NCBI RefSeq assembly: GCF_006345805.1
Contig: NC_042999.1
Location: forward strand, 162,936,001 to 163,000,000
DNA from: Octopus sinensis
Lineage: Eukaryota
Reading direction: 5' to 3'
Length of the DNA stretch: 64,000 nt
Shown here: piece after piece, positions 1-37,959 of the stretch
How the letters are laid out: every line of letters starts with the position of its first letter
Numbering within the stretch: the stretch's first letter is position 1
Notes under the pieces: generated by a model
Seen by the model: only the letters and a program-made list of their open reading frames with translations
Told to the model about the DNA's origin: nothing
The model's database searches: none
Position numbers and translations under genes: made by a program

Positions 1-374
1 GCATTTGATTAAAGGTGACCTGGTTTCAACAACATTAGGAGCAGTAACAAATTCTTTTAATACCTTCCTGTAATGGTCAGCCATTAATAGGGAAAGTTTG
101 TCCAAATCAGCTAGGCCAGCAAGACGTCTGATCTTTAACTTTGGCAGCTCAGGAGGTGTTCCATAAATAGAACTTCTTTTTTTTTTCCTAGGGAGCCCAA
201 AAGAATATTGTGAATGGTATGGTGTGAAGGAAGATTTACAACCAATTTATTTGGAGTTTTCTCTCTTTCAGTCTGCAATCCAACCTGCCATCTAGGCACA
301 AATTCTCATTTTAGGAGAGGGACATATAGAATGTTAATGTATTCATTCCTTTTCCAAAAGTGTTAGGGATTTAA

Positions 375-1585
375 CCCTTTCGTTACTATATTTCTGACCA
401 AAATACACCCCTCATGAGTTTCAATTAAATTCTAAAATAATCATGAATTTAGGCTTGTTTTATTAAATAACTAACTTTTTTACTTATCGACATATTAATG
501 TGATATTTGGAACATAACTAAAGAAAGGGTTCTTAATCAATTCTATTGCATAACTTTTTTGTCTCAAAGTGACTTTAATTACCGGTAAATTGAGCAAAAG
601 ATAAAAATATTAAAATTTTGTTTAAACATCACCATAGAAAATGAATCATCAGCTAATATTCAAATGGGTATGCAACAAAATTTTGATCAAGAAGAATTGT
701 GCACATCACTAGATCATCAGTTGAATTTAATTCACAACAGGTGTACCATAAAGGTGGAATAAACTGAAATACTAGAATCCACCGCAAGTTTGACCGAACT
801 AAAGAAATCGGTCAAAGAATATATGGCCCTGGTTATGGTATGGAAGTGATAAATTCCAGACCACTTTGTTCCCTAGGCCATGCTGACTAACATTATTTTC
901 CCTGTATAAAAACTAAATCCACGCAGTACCCAGTATTTGATTCACAAATTTTCCAAACTTTGATCCCCCATTTTGAGTTTGTTTACAATCTGCGAAACAG
1001 TTTGCTTCCACAGTGATCACTCCAAACAAGCATACTGAAAAAAATAAAAGTCTAATGGTTTCGCTTCCTAAGAAAGACTATAGATAGACTCTATCTCCTC
1101 AGAAAAATTGCTAATAAAAACATTTTAAAAGTTTTTTCATTCCGATGTAAAATTGTCTTTGCTGTTGCCAATGCTGCTTTGTTTCTTTGGAATCCCTGCT
1201 TTCATTTCCGGATAAAAAAATATCCTATTCATTATTGTACACCACGTGCTTTTGAACCTCATTCATTCTTTTTCTCGATATCTCCCTATTTTCCGTTGAA
1301 AAAGCTTTAAATTCGGAATGCTTGATAACATGAAACTCCTATCCATTTTCAAAGTTGAAGAAAAATCGATGCCGAAAAAAATCTCCCAAAATTCACTGAG
1401 TTGAGATATCACGTCAAGCAATGTCAGATACTATAAGCCAACTATTTACAAAGTGAAATCACATGTTTTAACGAATGTACCAACGAGATTTGGGTTCAAA
1501 TTTACATTTAAATAACAATAGGTTCTCTCGGCTGGGTTGGTATTATGAACCAAAAAATTTTTCAGCCAGGTTAATAATGGAAGGG
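375..1585 (-). mobile_element. piggyBac family B deletion derivative
   Basis: TTAA at 371-374 and 1586-1589. The reverse complement matches 47576-48645, and a remnant MDRSFMLSS transposase start lies near 1340. Confidence 0.85.
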
Positions 1586-3469
1586 TTAAGCAAATTGCAA
1601 TGGTGAAACCTAGAGATAGAAATCAGACCTAAAATAGGTAAACTTAATTCACAAAAAAAAAATTGCATCCTCAGGCAAATTACCATTAACGTATCCATAT
1701 GGTTAACAAGATTCTACTCTTAGAATGAGGATCAGGGGGAAATATTAGATTAACATGTTTGATAAACTGGAAACAGTTTGATAGAACGATTTGCTGTTAA
1801 AGGTAATTTCTATATAGTTGATTCACCTAGAAATGAAAGCCAGATATCCTGCTGTATTGGAAAATATATTTTTGACTGAGATGTTCACAACTAGATTGTC
1901 CTAAACTGGCAATATAGCTTTTTGTCCATTATTGTATAGAAAAAAATTCAACCTCCACTAAGAGTTAGTGGGTCATTTATTTGCAATTAACAGTTTTAGA
2001 CATATATAATTCTATCTTTCACAATGTATTACCAAACCTGGGTGTCTATGTTTATCTCGAGATTAAATATGGAAATGTTTTACAAGTTCAAAACCATGTC
2101 GATGTCTCTTTTTTTGTTTCTGGATGTGATACTTTATATATTTTGCTTCTTTAGCTATATTGGTACCTTGTTACCATTTTTATCTGAGAAAGTAATCTGT
2201 TAGAATACCATGTTATTCAAGGGAATTTTGTCTCATCTATTTATCTTATCTCATAAGTCTTGGAGAAAACTCCCAAGGAACTCGGCAGTGGTAGCAAACC
2301 AAAGACTAGTTAGAAACTTTTCAAATATACAACCATTCTCGTAGTAATGCCTCAAAACCTGGGACTGAATACACCAAGAAATAACTAAATATTCCTTTGT
2401 ATTCCTGCATTTACTACCGGTACTTCCCAAAGATATTTTTTATGAATGTAGAATGTTTCTATTATTTAACCCCAGCAGAATTATGATTAAACGAAATGCA
2501 TCCAGCTCAGTGTATTTAAAAAAATCTTTTTTAATGGTCTAGTCAAAAAGAGCAAAAGGCAGTGCTCATGACTTTTCTCAGAGCTTCTGAGATAGATGGG
2601 ATGGAAATTAATGGGACCTGACCCAATGCTGGCACTGACTGAACTCTGCCAAGACATCCATGGACCAGGCAACAAATTAAGTTTGCCAATGTGTCCCATT
2701 TTAAAACGGGATAAGATTTAGCTCCTATCTCTAACAGATGGATCTACCATATGCTCCCTTGTTGGGTTGTGTGTTTCTTTGTGCATGGCTTTGATAGTTA
2801 CCACAAATTTGTTGCTCTACTTTGGCTGTATCTACCTCCTTGTTTCATACTGATATTGTTGAATGGACAAGAAAGCATACGCCTCACCTGTAAAAGTGTC
2901 CAGATTCTTCTGAATATATATTATTCTCCATTGTGACCATTTACTCATACATGTATTGCTTATTACTAATCCCATACGCTAATCTTCTGAATTGGAAATC
3001 TTCCCCTTCACACTGACATCCAAAACTGTTTAAGTGACACTAGTATTTTTAAGTGACAAGAAGATTTTAAAGTCTGCAACACCACCTTTCTCCAGCTAAG
3101 ATTTGAATAGCATCAATTTACTTTTCATTAAATTCATAAGGTAAATCATGTCACATACTAATGGAGAAAGTTTTTTTGAAGGTTCTTGTTTAGTTCTTCA
3201 AACTTTACTGTGACATCATCATCATCATCATCATTTAGCGTCCGCTTTCCATGCTAGCATGGGTTGGACAGTTCAACTGGGGTCTGTGAAGCCAGAAAGC
3301 TGCACCAGGCCCAGTCTGATCTGGCAGTGTTTCTACGGCTGGATGCTCTTCCTAACACCAACCACTCCGTGAGTGTAGTGGGTGCTTTTTACGTGCCACC
3401 CGCACAGGTGCCAGACGGAGCTGGCAAACGGCCACGGACGGATGGTGCTTTTTACGTGCCACCAGACAT

Positions 3470-3900
3470 CAGTAAGATAATGTTACTTTTACTTAAAAAC
3501 ATTCAGAGGATTCAATGCTATTCTTATTTGTGGTAAACAACCATTGAGTCTTCCTAAAACATGCCATCTAACCTCAGTATAAAGTATATGCTTTGCATAT
3601 ATGAAATTCTCTCTTGTTAAGTACATTTGAGAGTGTGAAATTCACAAGTTGAATTAATCTAGATATAATTTCTTCAGCTATAAAAGATTCTTGGTGTATT
3701 ATGCAGTCGTATGGTTTTAAATTTGAAACATTTTCTTCACACAATAATACAAGTGCACCAATAGCTAATGCACCATCTACAGCTGTGAAGAAAACTTTGT
3801 TAGTAGATTATGCCTTACCATTATCTTTAAAGCATTGAATATACCTCTTCCTATTGTTGTGAAACATGAAGTAACTCTTCTTCAATACCTTGTGTTGAGT
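3470..3900 (-). mobile_element. Fossil hAT (Charlie/SPIN-like) transposase fragment
   Basis: Minus-strand translation gives VDGALAIG...DCIIHQES and LYTEVRWHVLGRL, resembling the hAT TDGA, HCIIHQE and HTEVRWLS motifs. Several stops and frameshifts. Confidence 0.7.
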
Positions 3901-5736
3901 TCCATTGGTGTTTATAATTGGTCGTTCCAAGCTGAGACTCTTGTAAATGGTGTTATTTGATCGAGGATTTTTTGGAAGTGACTTAAAATTTGGGAATGTA
4001 TTTGTAAGGTCAAATCAAAAACAGGAAGAGAGGGGAAAAAGAGGGAGAGAGACAATAAACAAATGGAGAAAGATAAGGAGTGCTAGCTAGTGATCAGGAT
4101 AAACTGATAGAAGGAAGGGAGATGTGAGAGAGAGAGGAAGAGATGAGATGGTAAAGAGTAAAAGAGTGTGAGGTATGTTGTGATGGAGCTTAAGAGATGG
4201 GCATAGAAAGTATAGGGAGAAGGTAAGGGTAGTAAAGCTGAAATCTTCAGAAATGAAGCACAGATATAGAAAGTTTAGCTCATCCAAAGACTCACAAATT
4301 GTACTTCTGAAACCTATTCATACAATTGCATTTGAATACAGTTAAAATCTCAGTTTATCATTAGACTGCATGGAGATTTCAGAAGCCTTCCTTCTCTTCT
4401 GGAAAAAAACTGCTTTTAGTACAACATAGGTTCTGTTTGCATGCTACCTTTATGAAATTATATTTGATGCAATTGTTACATTTTTTTTAATGAGAATTTT
4501 AGTGAAATGCACATGTTTTTGAAACTTTCATATCTTGCTTTTAAACCAACTGGGAAGTTCTCAGTTTTTATGGGGTGATGAAAATCAAATTTAGTTGACA
4601 GCAAGATGATGTAGAGTTGGGGTGGTGTGCAAGAGATGCATAGTGCTAAAGGGAAGTTAATTACACGAGAGTGGAAATGGTGGGAGACAGATAATAGGGG
4701 AGGTCTGCCATTGGCAAGATTAAGGGCATCCAGAGAATAAGGAGCAGTACTGAGAACATATAGAAGTGATTTCATAATTACAGCAGCTGAGTGGGTAATT
4801 CTATTGTCAGAGGGTGAAAAACTGGAGTGGCTGTATGGTAAGTAGCTTGCTAAACAACCACATGGTTCCGGGTTCAGTCCCACTGCCTGGCATCTTGGGC
4901 AAGTGTCTTCTGCTATAGCCCCGGGCCGACCAATGCCTTGTGAGTGGATTTGGTAGACGGAAACTGAAAGAAGCCTGTCGTATATATGTATATATATATA
5001 TGTTTGTGTGTCTGTGTTTGTCCCCCTAGCATTGCTTGACAACCGATGCTGGTGTGTTTACGTCCCCGTCACTTAGTGGTTCGGCAAAAGAGACCGATAG
5101 AATAAGTACTGGGCTTACAAAGAATAAGTCCCGGGGTTGATTAGCTTGACTAAAGGCATGGCCGCAGTCAAATGACTGAAACAAGTAAAAGAGTATGTAT
5201 ATACACACACACACATTCTGACAAATGCACCCATCATCTAGACAGTTTAAGTTGCTTTGGTGGTATTTTTTCACCAAATAATTGAACTACCAAGAAGGTT
5301 TATGAGTAATACAGCAATCTATGTTTCCAATTAACCTAGGAACAGAAAATCAAATTGAAGGCTGGTCATTGTGGAGGTTGTTGCACTTTAATGATCATAT
5401 AAGTTTGCAAGCAATGCAAAGTAGTGCTACTGAAGTGAGTAGATTATGGATAATGACTACAAAATATAGTTGTTTTACATGAAAGTGAAATTTCTTGCCA
5501 GAAACAGCCACATAGATGGTGTAATGAAATTGAAGGAAGATGTTGAAACTTCCCTTCTGTGAGTTAATTTTTTTCAATACCATAGGGAGCTTTCTTTTGT
5601 TTTTGAGAGATAAGCTAACAAAAGCCCCTTTATTCTGTACACGCACATATATATATATATATACACACACACATATATATATATATACACACACACATAT
5701 ATATATATAATACATATATACATATGCATATATATG

Positions 5737-5767
<31 letters not shown>

Positions 5768-6093
5768 CTACTATATAAACACACAAATATACACATATAT
5801 ACAACAGTCTTCTTTCAGTTTCTGTGAAAGAAGACTGTTGTATATATGTGTATATTTGTGTGTGTGCGTCTGTGTTTGTACCCCCACCATTGATTTACAA
5901 CCGATGTTGCTTTGTTTACATTCCCACAACTTAATGGTTCAGCAAAAGACACTGACAGAATAAGTACTAGGCTTACAAAGAATGAATCCTGTGGTCGATT
6001 TGTTCGGCCAATGGTGCTGCCCCAGCGTGGCTGCAGTCACATGACTGAAACAAGTAAAACAATAAATAGCTATATCATTTTAATCCCAAACAA

Positions 6094-6133
<40 letters not shown>

Positions 6134-7719
6134 GATCTTGCATGCATAAAGTAGATTCGATCCACTATAGCCAAATTTAAATTAACACTGCAACAGAACT
6201 TTTCCTACGATGGAACAATGGTTTTTCTCTGACAGCAATTTTACATTTTCCAGATGCCTTTAGCTAGGCTGAAATAATGTCTTCACCACTTGACCCTTTC
6301 TAACCTCTTCTACTTCACCAAAAGCTAGAATAGAGATAACAAGACCACCAACTAAATCTATTGTTTTCAATGATATATCTATCCTTCTGGATAGTTATAT
6401 AAGCAAGCATACCCCAAGCAAAAATCAGTTAGCCACCAACCGGTGACGACTCTACCAAGTTTGTCACATCGTGACAACTCAATTAGTTGGGGAACGGACT
6501 GCTAGAATCATGATCACAAGGAATACACCTACAAAAGATAATGGTCTGCGAGAGAAATGAAAATTATTGTCAGCAACTGTGCAACAACACCTACAATTCT
6601 CTCTAGCTCTAATTCTGCTCTCTTACAACATCATTCTGACTCTTTATTTACTACTAAACAATGAAGAGGATACAAACACAAACTTTACTTATACTTTTGG
6701 ATTTATCACAACCTGCCCGTCGAGGCTAGGTATTGTAATGTAACGGTAAATAAATACTTTCTTAAAACTTCATGCATTGTTCATTTTTCACATCTTACAA
6801 CATGCAATCATAACAATAACATTTCAACGTTGCAATTGCTGACTACGACAATTCATAATATTGTGTACCAAATCAATCAAATCCGTTACATGTATGTATG
6901 TATGCATATGTGTGTGTGTGTGAGAGCATAATTATAGATTGGTATCAATCTACAGGTTTTGTTTCCTCATGAAATTTTGTAGGGACACGTTTTTGAAGGT
7001 GTAGATTAGAATAATGTTGATGGGAAATGCTCTATAAACAACATTCTCGAAAAATTTCGGCAAAATGTCATTCTAAGAAATACATATTAAAGATAATTAC
7101 GAGGAAACAAAACCGGAGATTGGGGATTGTACGGAAACTTCTAAAAAAAATTGTTATGAGCATAAAAGTACTCTACATTCTTGAAAATGTATCGCTGCAA
7201 AATTTCATTAAAAGACATTATGTTGAAAAGTTATGAGCAAACGAATTCAGGTGTATGTCCTGTTTTTAGGTGCAGATCTCTATTATTATATTGAGTGACA
7301 ATGAACTTGATATATTTAGCTAACCTAGTGAACTGCTGAAAAAGTGCAACTAAGTACGTTGACGTTTTGTGAGGGTCAAGATGTAATTCGGCGAAAAGAA
7401 GTCGATGACAAGATCAGGAGTGTTTAAATGAAAGTAAACCCAATAAAAACCGAACTGACAATATAACAGTTATTGCAATATTACTAGACTTGTTAGAAAT
7501 AGCAGTCAAATATCCCTGAAATCACATTCTAGAGTCTTAAAAGGAGAAGATTTAGATTCACTTTGCCTTAATATAAAAGACAGGATGAACATCGTTGATG
7601 CCCAGAGCTAAAAAAGAAATGTTATGACGTTGTTTTGTCATAGAATAACTTCTGACAAACATGAACTTCAGGTATTTTATTTGTAAAGTTTGTTTATAGT
7701 TTATATATTTTAAAACTGG

Positions 7720-7887
7720 AGTGAAACGAAACGAAACGAAACTTTTTTGCGGCGGCGCATTTACAAAGAAGAGCGTGTGGAAGCGTAGTAATCCGCCGGT
7801 CGAAAGTGCTTTTAACCATCAACTCTGACCTGCGACGTTTTGCATTCAGCGTTTCCCCCACGAAAAGGAGCACGTGCATTCGCCAAG

Positions 7888-7895
<8 letters not shown>
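7720..7895 (+). promoter_or_regulatory. Probable vasa core promoter and 5' UTR (CpG-rich island)
   Basis: CpG-dense stretch (gcggcggcgc, ccgccggtcg) in otherwise CpG-poor DNA, E-box CACGTG at about 7871, YY1-like CAAGATGGC overlapping the ATG, (GAAAC)4 at 7723-7742. Confidence 0.55.
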
Positions 7896-33214
<25,319 letters not shown>

Positions 33215-33384
33215 TTACTTTCCAACTGTGATAGTCATTCCATACCAAAAGTTTTCTATTTTTTCATTCAAAGACTATTTTCACTTGATACTGTTGGGTG
33301 TTGATCCTTTTTTTTTTTCTTTTTTTTTTTTTAAAAATTTTCAATTGTGGAGAAAACAAAGATCTTGTTAAATAGTTTAATGTT

Positions 33385-33415
33385 TTTTTATAATTGCTTA
33401 TTTGCTTTAAATAAA
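33385..33415 (+). terminator. vasa polyadenylation signal with upstream CPE-like element
   Basis: AATAAA at 33410-33415, about 195 nt after the stop, TTTTTAT at 33385-33391, followed by a U-rich tract. Confidence 0.55.
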
Positions 33416-33646
33416 TTTGATTTTTGAGTTAAAACTGATATGTCTTCTAAAAATACCAAGTCCTACCTGAATTTGACTTATTTTAACTTTTGACCAAAAT
33501 GAGTGATAATGTTCACCTTAAGCTAAGCAATCTGGACTGTTCCTCTCTTCATTTGTCTGCATTCATCCCTGAAATTAGCATAGCACTTGGAGAAAACTGG
33601 ATTTTTATGCTGCAATTTCTAAGTAGGAATTTTGTAGTTATTACCA

Positions 33647-34050
33647 ATAGGCGCAGGAGTGGCTGTGTGGTAAGTAGCTTGTTTACCAACCACATGGTTC
33701 CGGGTTCAGTCCCACTGCGTGGCACCTTGGGCAAGTGTCTTCTACTATAGCCTCGGGCCGACCAAAGCCTTGTGAGTGGATTTGGTAGACGGAAACTGAA
33801 AGAAGCCTGTCGTATATATATATATATATATATATGCGTGTGTGTGTCTGTGTTTGTCTCCCTAGCATTGCTTGACAACTGATGCTGGTGTGTTTATGTC
33901 CCCGTTACTTAGCGGTTTGGCAAAAGAGCCCGATAGAATAAGTACTGGGCTTACAAAAGAATAAGTCCCGGTGTTGAGCTGCTCGATTAAAGGCGGTGCT
34001 CCAGCATGGCCGCAGTCAAATGACTGAAACAAGTAAACGAGTAACGAGTA
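33647..34050 (+). mobile_element. tRNA-derived octopus-type SINE, family 1 (internal TA/TG microsatellite), full length
   Basis: Head ataggcgcaggagtggctgtgtggtaag...gggttcagtccc with A/B boxes, tail aaatgactgaaacaagtaa(acgagta)n. Other copies at 4824-5194 (+), 5825-6060 (+, 5'-truncated), 10130-10408 (+, 5'-truncated), 15016-15463 (-), 35012-36245 (-, interrupted), 49905-50308 (-). Confidence 0.9.
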
Positions 34051-35199
34051 AAGGTATGGTCATGAATGTTACCATTATCTTTTATCTGGGGAATATATGA
34101 TCACTGATTTTACAGCTCTTCTACAATAAGAGATCTCGCAGCAGCAAGAGAAGCATCTGCCTTGTCACACAAAGTACCAAAATATCACATTGTAATCTAG
34201 AAAGCTAAAAATGCCTTTTACAACGAAAGCAATCAAGACAAGCCACGCTAAACTGCATATTGTACAGTCCAGTCCTCCAAAGGTGAGACAATGTATTGCA
34301 CCAATTAGTTTTTGACCAGCTACTTATGTGCTACAGTTGTAGACTTTATCAGGTCTGCCTGGAATTTAACCCTTTTGTTACCAAACCGGCTCTGGCTCTT
34401 TAGTACAAATGTCTGGTTTTCAAAAGTTCTGAATTAAAATCTTCCACCAAACCCAAGTCATAATTTACATCCCTAACTCTAGCTTAATGATAACGATGTT
34501 ATTTTACTTAATTCTTTGTTACATTTAAAATAATTGGAAGAAACACTGAGATCTCAAAATAAATTCAGGAACGAAAAGGTTAAACAACTTGTAGGAATCA
34601 GCATCTTCTAAGTAGATTACTGATCATGAATTCGATTGTGGCTTAAACTCTTAGCATGTTTTTTTTTTTTTTAATTAAATATGCTAATGATGGTAGTCAT
34701 TATATAGAACCATGTTTACAGAAGTTACAGATCTTAAAACCTGTTCAAACATCCAGAAAGTTCCAGAATGTACTAAACATAATCTTGTATGGAGTGAAAT
34801 ATTGAAGCTACAAAGTTGCTTGCGTTTTTGTTGACTTTGAAAGTTTGCAACAAAGTCAATTTGGTAAAGGCACAGTTTGGCTGAATCTCCTTCTTCCTCA
34901 CCCAAGGACCATTGCTCAGGTTCTCCCTATTGAATTTCACTCAAAAAAGTTTTATTTTGAGGGTGTCATAACACTTGCATAGTAGGACAGAATATAATTG
35001 AAACAATATACTCTTTTACTTGATTCAGTCATTTGACTGTGGCCATGCTGGAGCACCGCCTTTTAGTCAAGCAAATCAATCCCAGGACTTATTCTTTGGA
35101 AGCCTAGTACTTATTCTCTTGGTCTCTTTTGCCAAACCGCTATGCTACAGGGACGTAAACACACCAGTGTTGGTTGTCAAGTGATGTTGGGACAAACAC

Positions 35200-35239
35200 C
35201 AACACACACACACACACATATACATACACATATACATAC

Positions 35240-35289
<50 letters not shown>

Positions 35290-35379
35290 ATATACATATA
35301 CATATATATATACATATACATATATATATACATATATATATATATATACATACACATATATACATACACATATATACAT

Positions 35380-35445
<66 letters not shown>

Positions 35446-35455
35446 GCACACACAC
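35200..35455. repeat. Expanded (TA)/(CA) microsatellite inside a SINE
   Basis: Directly visible. Similar tracts at 5640-5800, 10133-10197, 15225-15297 and 23590-23660. Confidence 0.95.
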
Positions 35456-35596
35456 ATTGAGCTTCTTTCAGTTTCTGTCTACTAAATCCACTCACAGGAC
35501 GTTGGTCGGCCTGAGGCTAAAGTATAAGACACTTGCCAAAGGTACCATGCAGTGGGACTGACACCGGAACCAATGTGGTTCATAAGCAAGCTACTT

Positions 35597-36208
35597 TATT
35601 TCAAAAATTTTGCCATAACGGCATGATATAGAGTAGCTTGCAGGCTAGAGAAAGACATTGATGAAAAGGATATTAATGGGAGAAGGCAAAAAACACTTGC
35701 CTTTTTTTCTTTTTTGCTTCTCTAAAACATTCTCTTTTTTCACAGAAAAAGACAAAACGAGGTAATGAATCTCTTCAGTTTTACAATTTTTGGACTAATA
35801 GTCCATTTAAGAATTGGGACATTAAGCCTCTTAAACGCAATAACATGCAATAGACATTATAACACTGAGGCTTTTCAACTTCTTGTCACTATATTCCTCC
35901 CCAACATCGCTTGTGCCCGTATACTCTGCCATCTCCCACGCCTCATTCAAGACCAAGGTGGGATCCGGGCCGGCATCGCCCGGCCACGAGCGATATTCCT
36001 CATTGAGTCCCTGCAGCCTATACCTCACAGGCAACGTTACAACCTCCACAGCTATCTGCAGAGGGCATTCGGGATCCTGTATGAAGGTTAAAGGTACTCC
36101 CTTATGGTGTTTGTCCACCACCTCTCCGCCTCTTTAGACGACCAATAGTTCATCTTCCTCCAGGTTCGAGGTAGTCAATTCTACCATTGGTGGCACAACC
36201 CCTACTGG
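35597..36208 (-). other. Unidentified 612-bp retroposed insert with a coding-like GC-rich part
   Basis: Splits a SINE, flanked by the 14-bp direct repeat taagcaagctactt (35583-35596 and 36209-36222), ends in AATAAA on the minus strand, and carries about 125 codons with one stop. Confidence 0.75.
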
Positions 36209-37959
36209 TAAGCAAGCTACTTACCGCACAACTACTCCTATGCCTATGTAGTTGAGAATTTGCTTACATGACTGGACAAGTGATGGCATTTAATTTTCCT
36301 CTTCATGTCATCTTTATATATAAAAGTGAGGTTTTATCTCTTCTGTCTCCTACGATTTAGATTCCTAACTACTCCCACATTTTATATGGGTACTAGCAAC
36401 AAAGATGGGAGTGTGGTGGGAGGATTTTTTTAGTCCATGACCCCTATTTAAATATCAAAGTGTTTGTTAACCACAACCAAAATTGAACCCACACCTACCA
36501 CCTATGCTTATAGAAGGGTGGTGCTGTTGTAAGTAATCACTTATATCAAACTAGTAATTAATTTGAGATGGTATTACATAAATGTACATTAAAAATGGGC
36601 TAGGAGACATTTGAATCAGGGTGTTAGGGATTGAAAAAGTGTGAGTAAATGAAAAGGGCAACCAGAAAATACTGTTTTTTGGAAGGAAGTGCTTGCAGTT
36701 TTATATTTCAGGTACACCATTAACCCTTTCGTTATTGTATTTATTTTGAGATGCTCTGTGTTTCTTTCAGTTACTTTAAATATAACAAAGAATTTAGTAA
36801 AAATAACTTAGTTATCATTCAGCTAGTGTTAGGAACATAAATTGGGATTCAGGTTTGGTGGAAGATTTTAATTCAAAACTTATGAAATCAAGACATTTGT
36901 ACTCAGAGCCAGGGCTGGTAACGAAAGGGTTAACCCAAACTTTGACCTATTTCATCTGTCTTGTAGAATTTAAAATCAGAACACAAATAGATATTAGTGA
37001 AATTTGACATGGATTTTGCACTAAGATCTATAAAGGGACCAGGTTTCTTTTTTAAAAAAACAATTCCAACCAGCTATCTTTCAGACCAGTTTTTATGTTT
37101 TTGTTCTTACTTGGAAACGGATGTGCATTTTTATAATTAGACTAAATATAGGTGCATTTAGCATCAAAATTCAATATCTGATTTCTCTCTTCTACTTTCA
37201 TATTTAGTTTGGAAATGGTAATATTTAAATAAAATAGCTAATTATTTAGTGATATATAATTAAAGCAACAGTTGTAGTTACTCAAAATAACCCCCACCCA
37301 CTGAAACTAATGTGCTCTGATTCGTTGCTAACTTTCTACAGAGCTTAAGCTGCTGATGAATGGGGATGGTGCTACCGTTGCTTGCATCCTGGACTGCTTC
37401 CAGTAAATGGTCGACTGACAGCAATTACTAACAGATAAGATGCTGTCTTCTCACTGGCTCTTCTGCAACTGCTATGGCATCGTCCTTAGTATTAGTAAGA
37501 ATGTTTACCACCCGTCAAAGTCAACCATGATGCACCTTCCTCTCAAATTAAACATCTTGTTGCTGAATATTCTCTCAGAGCTTCAGGATTTTGTCCATGG
37601 TTTTCCAACAGCCAACTGAAATTTATACTTAACTCTTTCGCTACTGTATTTATTTTGAGATGCTCTGTGTTTCTTCCAATTATTTAAAATATAACAAAGA
37701 ATTAAGTAAAAATAACTTAGTTATCATTAAGCTAGTGTTGGCAACATAAATTATGACTAAGATTTAGTGGAAGATTTGAATTCAAAACTTATGAAAACAA
37801 GACATTTATACTAAAGAGCCAGTTTCAGCCGGGTTGGTAATGAAAGGGTTAATATTAACTATGCCAGCCAGGAAGGGCCCAAAAGATTACGGGTGCCACT
37901 CTTCTTCCTTAGACTGAAGAACATTATTTCAATACTGATTACAAAGTTTTCCACAACGT

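Noticed and set aside
2480-2940. Patchy minus-strand open frames (e.g. KNLDTFTGEAYAFLSIQQY, ORF 2487-2699)
   Set aside because: Multiple stops and frame changes and no identifiable motif; probably decayed TE sequence, left unannotated.
4476-5042. Recurrent ORFs starting MSSNARG/ET... or MLGGQT... (also 9977, 15179, 33549, 50070)
   Set aside because: They are translations of the same SINE family and have no coding signature.
33647-33730. tRNA-like A/B boxes in SINE heads (also 42220, 50822, about 62750-62822)
   Set aside because: No complete cloverleaf or acceptor stem, and each is followed by SINE body and tail, so they are not called tRNA genes.
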